Assembly: GCA_050291445.1 (NCBI GenBank)
Contig: JBNKJW010000181.1
Span: forward strand, 2,739 to 66,738
Source of the DNA: Bacteroidales bacterium
GTDB lineage: Bacteria > Bacteroidota > Bacteroidia > Bacteroidales > NBLH01
Length of the DNA stretch: 64,000 nucleotides
Direction of reading: 5' to 3'
The position numbers were made by a program, and so were the translations under genes. Of the stretch, positions 20,846 through 29,028 are shown one piece after another (positions within the stretch are counted from its first letter, which is position 1; each line of letters opens with the position of its first letter). The notes under the pieces are model-generated. The model had not been told where the DNA came from and did not search any database. It saw only the letters and a list, made by a program, of their open reading frames with translations.

Positions 20846-20910
20846 GATTGAAATTTGAACTTAGAAATTAGATCATCTAAGTTCTAAGTTCAAATATACT
20901 AAGTTCTAAA
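20846..20910. repeat. Intergenic heptamer inverted array
   Basis: gaaatttgaacttagaaattaga...tctaagttctaagttcaaatatactaagttcta. Confidence 0.7.
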
Positions 20911-21612
20911 ATGAAAGAAATACAAGAATTATTTGAAAAGCAGGGGGGCGAGTTTATCTCATCCCCTTCTTTTATTCAGGAAAAATTAAAAACCATCAAA
21001 GCCTATATTTTTGATTGGGATGGTGTTTTTAACTCGGGTACAAAGGGTGAAAGCAAATCGAGCAATTATTCCGAAGTAGATGCTATGGGTACCAACATGC
21101 TCCGCCTGGGTTACTGGCTGGCCAACAACAGAGAACTTCCGGTAGTTTCAATAATCACCGGGGAAAACAACAAAATGGCCATCTATTTAGCTGAAAGAGA
21201 AAACTTTAACCATATTTACTTTAATTTTAAAAACAAAGCGGTTGCCTTTGAACATTTATTAAAAACTTTTAATCTAAAACCAGAAGAAGTAGCTTTTTGC
21301 TTTGATGACATCCTTGATTTTCCAATTACAAAAAAGTGTGGTTTGAAATTTATGGTGAGTAGAAAAGGTTCCCCTCTGTTTAATCAATATGTCATTGAAA
21401 AAGGCTATGCAGATTATATCACGGGTCAAACCGGAGGACAATTCGCCATTCGCGAAATTACTGAACTTATCCTGGGATTATTGGGTCAATACCACCCAGC
21501 ACTGGATGAAAGGAGCGCTTTTGGCCAAAATTACACCGATTATTTAGAACAACGGAATGCAGCTGATGTGAAAAAGTTTGTGTTTAAGAATGGTCAAATT
21601 GAGGGGATTTGA
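20911..21612 (+). CDS. HAD-superfamily phosphatase, KdsC/YrbI-like
   Basis: FDWDGVF DxD motif, IITG, FDDILD, GGQFAIRE..EL; operon context with kdsA. Confidence 0.8.
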   Translation: MKEIQELFEKQGGEFISSPSFIQEKLKTIKAYIFDWDGVFNSGTKGESKSSNYSEVDAMGTNMLRLGYWLANNRELPVVSIITGENNKMAIYLAERENFNHIYFNFKNKAVAFEHLLKTFNLKPEEVAFCFDDILDFPITKKCGLKFMVSRKGSPLFNQYVIEKGYADYITGQTGGQFAIREITELILGLLGQYHPALDERSAFGQNYTDYLEQRNAADVKKFVFKNGQIEGI

Positions 21613-21627
21613 TCTACTGCCATATTG

Positions 21628-22018
21628 CGAGTGTTGCTACAAGTTTCAAATTTCTGGTGGGAGTCATTTGATATTAGTTGTCGGTTATTTACAATAAAAA
21701 TAAGCACCTGATATTCAGCAACTTAAATCCAGTAAAAAAACACTAAACATGTAACTCATATCTGATATATCATTCTTGATATAATACCGATTTTACTTTC
21801 AAAATAGTCCAATTTCGGCAAAGCCTCATTCGACTATTTTCAAGTAGCAAAAAACTAATAATTATAATGCTAGCCAGAGGCACATCATCTACTTCATTAG
21901 CTTCAGCTCGAAGTATTCATATACATCTTCGCTTTGCTAAGTTTTCTCCCTTTGGTCGAAGATATCGCTTCGCTAAGTTGTAGCTAATGCACCTCTGACT
22001 TTTTCAGCAGGCCCTAAT
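21628..22018. mobile_element. Possible degenerate IS/MITE remnants
   Basis: IS-end-like gagtgttgc...gcaaagcctc, and agaggcaca...tgcacctctgactttttcagcaggccct with internal imperfect palindromes; no transposase ORF. Confidence 0.3.
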
Positions 22019-22185
22019 TAGCAAGTCATAATGACTTCCCAAATTGGAATACAAAGAGAACAATTAAAATTTAGATAAAAAAAGCAATCGTTAATAAATT
22101 ATAAAAAAGTAATATTGCAACTGACTGTAGCAGTATTTTTATATTTTTAGCCTTTTGTTAACAAACATAAACTGAATATTTTGAT

Positions 22186-23574
22186 ATGAAGCAAGTTTTG
22201 ATTTTTTGTCTGTCATTGATTTTATCCATTAATAGTTTTTCGCAAGGCTACGAAATACCAGTAAAGATAAACAATTTAAAGGATTCAATGATTTATTTTG
22301 GCAACCATTTTGGCAATGGTTTTTTTGTAAACGATAGTGCAAAACTTGATAATAACGGACAAGTTTTGTTTACTGGTGATGAGCCATTAAAGGGTGGAAT
22401 TTATTTTCTTTTCCTCCCAGGTGGTAAATATTTTGATTTCCTTATTGATAAACACCAAAAATTCAGCATACAATGTGATACCACAGACTTTTTAAATACT
22501 GTAAGTTTCAAAAATTCATTTCAAAACGAAAAGTTCTTCAACTATCAGAAATACCTAAATAAACAATATCAAACAATTAACCAGATAAAAGAAAAACAAA
22601 AAACCTATTTAACAAAATTAGACTCTTTAATGCAACTGGAGGATGAAGTACAGCTAATTCATAACAAAATATACCTACGCAAGGAGGAAATTATTTCCGA
22701 TCACCCGGATTCATTAATTTCGGTATTGATAAAAGCAGGCATCCCTATTATTCCACCACCGTCACCAAGAGATACAAGTGGCGCAATCATTGATTCAACC
22801 TTTGAATACAGGTATGTAAAAGCCCATTTTTTTGATAATATCGATTTTTCGGATGAGCGCTTGTTAAGAACGGCTATCCTTCAAAATAAAGTACTTGAAT
22901 ATTTAAACCGGATGGCACCACCAATGCTCGATTCAATTGCCAAAGAAGTTGATTATGTGGTTAAAAAAGCCTCCGCAAATCCCGAAGTATATAAATTTGT
23001 GCTTAATACCTTATTCAGGTTCTATAATAAAAGCAATATTATTAGTGATGAAAATATTTTTGTTTACATAGCAGAGAATTATTACCTGGCAGGTAAAACA
23101 CCATGGACTAATGAAGAATTTACAGAAAAATTAAAAAAAGATATTGCCGGAAGAAAACCGAACCTTATTGATGCAGTTGCCCCCGATTTTGCAATGAAAA
23201 ACGATAAAAACCAGGTAGTCAATTTACGAGATATTCAAAACAGGTATGTCATCTTGTATTTTTATGATGTTAAATGCGAAATTTGTAAACAAGTAAGCCC
23301 CGAATTAATGAATTTTTACCGAATTATTAAAGACCGTGGCGTTGATATAGTTGGTATTTACGTTGGCGAAGATAAAAATGCCTGGCTTAAGTACATTGAG
23401 GACAATAATTTAAAATGGACCAATGTTTGGGATCCTAAAAATGCATCAGGTTTTAGAGAGAACTATAAAATTGTAGGTACTCCGCAGTTGTTTTTACTGG
23501 ATGAAGACCAGAAAATTATTGCCAAAAGAATTACAGTGGAACAGTTGATGGGGTATTTCAATTCGGTTGATTAG
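22186..23574 (+). CDS. Secreted TlpA-like thioredoxin protein (DUF4369/DUF5106-type N-terminus)
   Basis: Signal peptide; HFFDNIDFSDERLLRT; C-terminal redoxin with CEIC and TPQLFLLD. Confidence 0.85.
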   Translation: MKQVLIFCLSLILSINSFSQGYEIPVKINNLKDSMIYFGNHFGNGFFVNDSAKLDNNGQVLFTGDEPLKGGIYFLFLPGGKYFDFLIDKHQKFSIQCDTTDFLNTVSFKNSFQNEKFFNYQKYLNKQYQTINQIKEKQKTYLTKLDSLMQLEDEVQLIHNKIYLRKEEIISDHPDSLISVLIKAGIPIIPPPSPRDTSGAIIDSTFEYRYVKAHFFDNIDFSDERLLRTAILQNKVLEYLNRMAPPMLDSIAKEVDYVVKKASANPEVYKFVLNTLFRFYNKSNIISDENIFVYIAENYYLAGKTPWTNEEFTEKLKKDIAGRKPNLIDAVAPDFAMKNDKNQVVNLRDIQNRYVILYFYDVKCEICKQVSPELMNFYRIIKDRGVDIVGIYVGEDKNAWLKYIEDNNLKWTNVWDPKNASGFRENYKIVGTPQLFLLDEDQKIIAKRITVEQLMGYFNSVD

Positions 23575-23632
23575 GTAGATTGAGAAGAATGAATAGAGAT
23601 TGAATAGAGATTGAATGGAGGTTGATGTGGAG

Positions 23633-24961
23633 ATGAAATTTAAAATAGCATTTTTACACTTGTTTATTTTGTTGTTTTTACCAGTGTCATCAATGGTGGC
23701 CCAGGGCTATAAAATTGATGTAAAAATAAAAGGTGCTGAAAACAAAGATGCTCATTTGGCGTTTTACATGGGCGATAAGCAATACATTACCCAAAATGTC
23801 AAGTTCAATAAATCAGGTGAGTTAACTTTTAAAGGGGAACAAAAACTGCCACCTGGTATTTATTTTATTGCAATTGATAACAACTACTTTAATATCTTAA
23901 TCAGAGATGAACAGGAATTTTCATTAAAAAGTGATACCACCAACATTGTTGGATTGATGAAAATTAAGGGCTCCAAAGAGAATGAGGTATTTTTCGATTA
24001 TCAAAAAAAATTACTTGCCAAGAAAAAAGTAATTGGTCAGCTGGAAGAAAAAATTAAAGTTCTTGAAAAAAATAACGATACGGTTCAAAATTATCAAAAT
24101 CAGATAGACCAACTTGTAGCAGAACTGGAACAGATAGCTGATGAAACTACAAAAAAGCATCCTGAAAGCTACATCGCCAAATTAATAGGTACAATGAGCA
24201 ACCAAAACATCGAGAATTTTAAGTTCGATGATAAGGACTTGCTCCGTACGCCCTTTTTTCACAACAGGGTGCGTTTATTCATTAAAAAAAGCATTGAAAA
24301 AAATGCCAATTATATCAATTACCAAACACAGCAACTTTTGTCATCAGTAAGGCACGAAGAAGCTAATTATCAATACATTGCAAATTATTTACTAAATTTC
24401 TACAATAGCTTTTATAAAATTGGCATGAACGAAGTATTTGTTTTTATTGCCGACAATTACTTTTTACCAGACAAAGCCACCTGGTTTAACCAAAAGCAGT
24501 TGGAAGAAATACAAAAACGAAGAGATTTTTTTGCACAAAGCCTTCCGGGAAAAGCTGCCCAGGATTTAACTTTAGAAAGCACAACTGGTGAGTTCTTTTC
24601 ATTGCACCAGGTAAAAGCCAACACCACCCTACTCTACTTTTGGTCAGCAGATTGTGGGCACTGTACAAAATCGACCAAAATACTGAAAAGTTACTACGAG
24701 CAGTTACGGGCAAAAAACATAGATGTATTCGCAGTAAATATTGACAAAGACAAAAAAAAGTGGCTAAAAAAAATAGAAGAAACCGAAGCAGAATGGATCA
24801 ACTGCTACGATCCGGACGAAACCTCAGGATTTAGGGAAAAATACTACGTATTTGGCAGCCCGCTGCTTTATGTCATCAACAACGAAAAAAACATTGTTGC
24901 CAAACTAAATGGCGAAGAAGCCATTGAAAAACTTTGTAAAGAACTGGTATTCAAACAATAA
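23633..24961 (+). CDS. Secreted TlpA-like thioredoxin protein, tandem paralog
   Basis: Same architecture; FWSADCGHC, SPLLYVI; likely start MKFKIAF at 23633. Confidence 0.85.
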   Translation: MKFKIAFLHLFILLFLPVSSMVAQGYKIDVKIKGAENKDAHLAFYMGDKQYITQNVKFNKSGELTFKGEQKLPPGIYFIAIDNNYFNILIRDEQEFSLKSDTTNIVGLMKIKGSKENEVFFDYQKKLLAKKKVIGQLEEKIKVLEKNNDTVQNYQNQIDQLVAELEQIADETTKKHPESYIAKLIGTMSNQNIENFKFDDKDLLRTPFFHNRVRLFIKKSIEKNANYINYQTQQLLSSVRHEEANYQYIANYLLNFYNSFYKIGMNEVFVFIADNYFLPDKATWFNQKQLEEIQKRRDFFAQSLPGKAAQDLTLESTTGEFFSLHQVKANTTLLYFWSADCGHCTKSTKILKSYYEQLRAKNIDVFAVNIDKDKKKWLKKIEETEAEWINCYDPDETSGFREKYYVFGSPLLYVINNEKNIVAKLNGEEAIEKLCKELVFKQ

Positions 24962-25054
24962 ACCACTTAAATATTCAACTTTACTAGCATCAAAGCAAAA
25001 AATCCTTTGGATAAGTTGGTGAATGAAGCTACCTTTACCCCTATTAGTAGATAG
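24962..25054 (+). pseudogene. Decayed C-terminus of a tyrosine recombinase/integrase
   Basis: Translates TT*IFNFTSIKAKNPLDKL, resembling the TTEIYTHV...KNPLD terminus of Xer/IntI-like integrases; lies directly upstream of the cassette array. Confidence 0.45.
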
Positions 25055-25093
25055 GTTGTTTGAAAAAATAATTTATCCCTAATAATGAAAAAA

Positions 25094-25145
25094 TAAACGA
25101 ATGTTTAGGAGAGAATGTTCGTTTTTACAAATGTTGCAGGCAATA
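25094..25145 (+). other. attI-like recombination site
   Basis: Inverted repeat aaacgaa...ttcgttt followed by tacaaat-GTTGCAGGC-aat (GTT at 25133), just before the first cassette ORF. Confidence 0.5.
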
Positions 25146-25158
25146 GATTTTAGATAAT

Positions 25159-25923
25159 ATGGAAAATAAAAGATACGAAAATACGAAAAAAGTATTTGAA
25201 GAAAATTTCGATGAGATAAAAATACTTGTTGAAAAATCTGAATATAAAAATACTGGAAAATCTCTTTTCCGATTTGCACAAAAAATAGACAAAATCTCAA
25301 TTGCTATTAACCAAGCAAATGATTTATATGTTGCAAGGATTTTATTGCGTAGTCTTTTGGAGCATGAAATTATTGCATATTATATTTGGGCAAGATACAT
25401 TGACGATAAAAACGATGAGTGCGGAACTCATTATTATGTCGATCATTTTGTATCGGAACACCTTAAAAGAGAAGGTTATAATTTAAGTATCGAAGGCATT
25501 GAAAAGGGAATTGAAAAAAATCAAAATAATGAAAACTTAAATAAAAAATTGCCATTTCTGAAAGAAGCAACAAAACAGGATTTTGAAAAAGTTTATAGGG
25601 AAGCAAATAAGTTCGACATTAGAAACATCGCAAAATATTTGAATAAGGAAATACCAGAGAGTGACCCTTTTGCGATAGTGAATAAAGAAGTGGTATTAGA
25701 TGCTTTAATAAAATATAATTTCTTATCTTCATACATACATGGTGGTGCAGTAGCAGAGCTGGAAATATTTGAACATCAAAATAATAATTTAAAGAATGAA
25801 TTAAAATCAGCTAAGAATTTTGGAATGATAGGTGCGCGATTTATTATGGAACAGTTGATTATGTTTTTAGCAGACGAACATCCTAAATATAAAGAATTAC
25901 TAAAACAAATTGTTTGTTTTTAA
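25159..25923 (+). CDS. DUF5677-like (HEPN-related) cassette protein
   Basis: ARILLRSLLE and KYNFLSSYIHG motifs; very AT-rich. Confidence 0.6.
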   Translation: MENKRYENTKKVFEENFDEIKILVEKSEYKNTGKSLFRFAQKIDKISIAINQANDLYVARILLRSLLEHEIIAYYIWARYIDDKNDECGTHYYVDHFVSEHLKREGYNLSIEGIEKGIEKNQNNENLNKKLPFLKEATKQDFEKVYREANKFDIRNIAKYLNKEIPESDPFAIVNKEVVLDALIKYNFLSSYIHGGAVAELEIFEHQNNNLKNELKSAKNFGMIGARFIMEQLIMFLADEHPKYKELLKQIVCF

Positions 25924-26077
25924 ATAGTAACCGTAAAATTCTGTATTGCAAATTATTCAATAACTAATCTTTTTCGTAAGTATAAATATAAATTACCAAA
26001 GATTTAAATTTAAGTATCTACCCTCAATTTATTTTATTAATATATTGTTATCAAGATACAACCAAACATTTTATGTC

Positions 26078-26752
26078 ATGTCACAGTTTTTAAAAGAAAT
26101 AGCTAAATCATTAAATCTAGTAATGAAATCACGATTTTATTATAATAATGATGACGTTATAATTAGGATACATGAAAAGAAATTATCTTCAGGACCTTTT
26201 GAAGATAGTGTAAATGTAATTGACAAAAATAATAAATATAAGCTTGACAACTACCGCCAAGGCGTCTTTTATAATCTTTTAGATAAGAATATTAGGAAAA
26301 ATTTAGAGGATGATAAATATATCTATCATTTATTAATAAGAATCGTTGCTGATATGCCACTTTTTCTTAAAAGAAAAGAGGAATTAGAATATTTTGACAT
26401 TTGTCAAAATCAAAATTCGATTAATTTTATTGAAAAAGATTTCAATATCTTTGACTGTGAGGTATTTCACCTCACATCTATTTCTGAAGAGAGAACAGTT
26501 AGATATGGTAAAGATGATATTTTTGATATTACAACTATAAATTCTTGGCATATAAAATATAATAAGGCGATAATTAAAAATGACTATCTACATTCACTCT
26601 TACCTGAAGCGGAAAAAAATGTCAGTCGAGAATCTACATATGGGCCAACTTGGATAGATAAAGAAACAAGAACATTCAAAAAAGACATCAAACAAACTAA
26701 AATATTGCATGAAAGTTTTTCGATGGAAAAATATCTTGCATATATAAATTAA
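26078..26752 (+). CDS. Hypothetical protein (cassette 1, second gene)
   Basis: 225-235 aa ORF, very AT-rich; likely ATG at 26078; no recognisable motif. Confidence 0.6.
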   Translation: MSQFLKEIAKSLNLVMKSRFYYNNDDVIIRIHEKKLSSGPFEDSVNVIDKNNKYKLDNYRQGVFYNLLDKNIRKNLEDDKYIYHLLIRIVADMPLFLKRKEELEYFDICQNQNSINFIEKDFNIFDCEVFHLTSISEERTVRYGKDDIFDITTINSWHIKYNKAIIKNDYLHSLLPEAEKNVSRESTYGPTWIDKETRTFKKDIKQTKILHESFSMEKYLAYIN

Positions 26753-26901
26753 TCTAGAATATAAAAAGGAACCTGCGGATAGTTTTAGTACAGTACAATA
26801 TTACTAGTTCGAGTGTCTTGCTAAAACTCTATGAATCTGAAACAGATAGAATAAAAGAAAAAGAACAAAATGTAATTTTATTTTTCGATAAAAGAGTAAC
26901 A

Positions 26902-27142
26902 GCCTGCAAAACATAGCTATAACATCATGCTGGCAATCAGCCAGTTTGAAAGTTCAGAACATTATAAAAACCCGCCAAATCTTTTGATTTATTCGCGGCC
27001 TTTTTAATTATTTTTGTGGTGCTCATGAATCTAAAGGTTGGTTTTATATATTTGAAGTTAAAACAAAATAAAAACATTTGGCTACTTGCAGCTTGGAAGT
27101 GCTTTGGTTAAAACCAGCACGCTGCATAGCTTGCCGTTGGCT
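26902..27142 (+). repeat. Long attC-like element 1
   Basis: Begins GCCTGCAAAAC, ends GTTGGCT; imperfect arms gctataacatcatgctgg / ccagcacgctgcatagc; core homologous to 27804-28020. Confidence 0.7.
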
Positions 27143-27172
27143 ATATTAAAAACTACAGTAAAACCCATAATT

Positions 27173-27799
27173 ATGAAAAAACTATTCTACTTTTTGACAT
27201 TATTAATTTTAACATCTTGTGGAAACTCAAATATTCCTGAGGATGTTAAGTATGAAATTACTAATGAAGAACCAAATAAAGCTTTGGGAAAAAACAATTT
27301 AGAAGTTCAACTAAACAAAAAAGTTGACGAAAAAATTTTGAAAGAAATTGCATTAGAATTGCGGAAAGACAGAACGCAATATGATAAACTTTGGATTTTT
27401 TATTATATACCGAAGATGACTGCAGGTATGGCTTGGGCAACCACACATTTTACACCTGAATTGAAAATTGAAATAATAGGTTCGACTGAATCACAGGACG
27501 CAGAAACATCTAATACAGAAGATGTTAAAGGAGAAATTATTGGAAAATGGAGAAGTGAAAAAAGTCTAATGGGTGCAACCTTATTTCTGTACAAGAACTC
27601 AGAAAATAAATTGATCATGAGAATTACTTTCAAAGACGGTGGTAAAACAGAAAGCGTAATAAAAGAATCTCTAAAAAATGGCAAGACACGTTATGATGAT
27701 GATAATGAACATGGTGAATACTATATCTTAGAAACCAATGGAAATTTAGGAATGTACGGTTCGGATGGGAAATTTGATGAAGCTGTTATAATTAAATAG
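27173..27799 (+). CDS. Hypothetical lipoprotein (cassette 2)
   Basis: True start MKKLFYFLTLLILTSC (lipobox) at 27173; the upstream ORF-track extension lies inside the repeat. Confidence 0.75.
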   Translation: MKKLFYFLTLLILTSCGNSNIPEDVKYEITNEEPNKALGKNNLEVQLNKKVDEKILKEIALELRKDRTQYDKLWIFYYIPKMTAGMAWATTHFTPELKIEIIGSTESQDAETSNTEDVKGEIIGKWRSEKSLMGATLFLYKNSENKLIMRITFKDGGKTESVIKESLKNGKTRYDDDNEHGEYYILETNGNLGMYGSDGKFDEAVIIK

Positions 27800-27803
27800 T
27801 AAC

Positions 27804-28020
27804 TATCGCCAACAAAACCTAAGACATTGTGTTGATTATCAGTAATTTTAAAAGCTCAAAGCATTGCGAAAACACCGCCAAATTAATAATTTACTCGCTA
27901 ACGCTCATGAAAAAGTTGGCTTCAAGATAAATGAAATTAGAAATAAAATTTAAAATCTGGCTACTTTCAGCTTGGAAGGGTTTTGGTTATCCAAGCCCGC
28001 TATTTAGCCTGTCATTGTGT
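27804..28020 (+). repeat. Long attC-like element 2
   Basis: Begins tatcGCCAAC; shares ccgccaaat, gctcatgaa, tggctact(t/g)cagcttggaag.g..ttggtta with element 1; ends (a)TTGTGT. Confidence 0.7.
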
Positions 28021-28032
28021 ACAATTTGAAAA

Positions 28033-28827
28033 ATGTCTGAAGAAAAAAAACCAAAAAAAGCGAACATTCGACTGGAAGCTGACGCAATTGTAAATGACTA
28101 TGTAGGAATTGTTCAAAATTCGTGTAATATGCTAGCTTTCATAACATCCAAACTTAAAGACATACCTTTTGAGGATATTCCCAGACCACCTGTTTTAGGT
28201 TATGTTGAATTTAATAAAATCAAATATGTCGGAGATAAAAAAATATATCTTGACATGTGGCTATTTAATCATGGAATAAATGACATAATAAAGGCTCTAA
28301 ATTTAAGTATGGCTCGAGCTAATTATTTAGCAGAAATGATGAACTTGAAAGGTAAAACGATAACAATTGAAGAGTATCAAAATTTTGAAAAAAGAATAAA
28401 TAAAAAATTCTTGAAAAAGGATTTGCCAGCACTAATAAGCCATACATCAGATCTTGTAAATAAACCATTAATTTATATTGACGAAATTATATCACTAAAC
28501 AACTCAAGAAAATGTTTAGAACATAGAGCAGGCATTGTAACTGAGATTGACACGAATTTAGAAGTTGATAATAATCAGTTCTTAGAAATTAAATGGATTG
28601 GAACACAATTGAGTGTTTTAAGAAATAGTAAGAAAATAGTAATTGAGAATTCAGGATTTAAGGTTAATAAGGGAGAAAGAATTGATTTTTCCAATCTAAA
28701 CCGAAAAAGGACCTATAATATCGGAGAAAGATTAAGAATAGACATGAAAACATTTTATGAAATGTCATACACTGGATATTTATTTGTCAAACATATAGCC
28801 GACAATTTCAATTTTGGAAACAAATAA
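28033..28827 (+). CDS. Hypothetical protein with HEPN-like Rx4H motif (cassette 3)
   Basis: LNNSRKCLEHRAGIV motif in a helical protein; followed by ACACAAC at 28835-28841. Confidence 0.6.
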   Translation: MSEEKKPKKANIRLEADAIVNDYVGIVQNSCNMLAFITSKLKDIPFEDIPRPPVLGYVEFNKIKYVGDKKIYLDMWLFNHGINDIIKALNLSMARANYLAEMMNLKGKTITIEEYQNFEKRINKKFLKKDLPALISHTSDLVNKPLIYIDEIISLNNSRKCLEHRAGIVTEIDTNLEVDNNQFLEIKWIGTQLSVLRNSKKIVIENSGFKVNKGERIDFSNLNRKRTYNIGERLRIDMKTFYEMSYTGYLFVKHIADNFNFGNK

Positions 28828-29028
28828 AAACTAAACACAACATTTAAGCATCGTTTTTGTTGAACGAAAATAAGCTTATAAATAAAGCATACCGTATATC
28901 TTGTGGAATCAATTTTTCAAGTCTTGAATTTCCTGAAAAACTGATTGTAAAGAAAATAACAGAAAAGCAATATTTTGAACTTTAAGTAGCTAAAGCTTCT
29001 ATGCTTTTAGGAGGTTTAGTTCAACAAG

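Noticed and set aside
21635-21730. tRNA 3'-end-like fragment (gtttcaaatttctggtgggagtca) as an att site
   Set aside because: Too degenerate; no cloverleaf and no second copy in the window.
27086-27172. Upstream extensions given by the ORF track (also at 808, 33467, 39825, 45497, 53523, 57938)
   Set aside because: Downstream ATGs fit the family N-termini or signal peptides better, and several extensions run through repeats.
26902-28020. Possible CRISPR array
   Set aside because: Repeats are >200 bp and separated by whole genes; no 25-45 bp repeat-spacer periodicity and no cas genes anywhere in the window.
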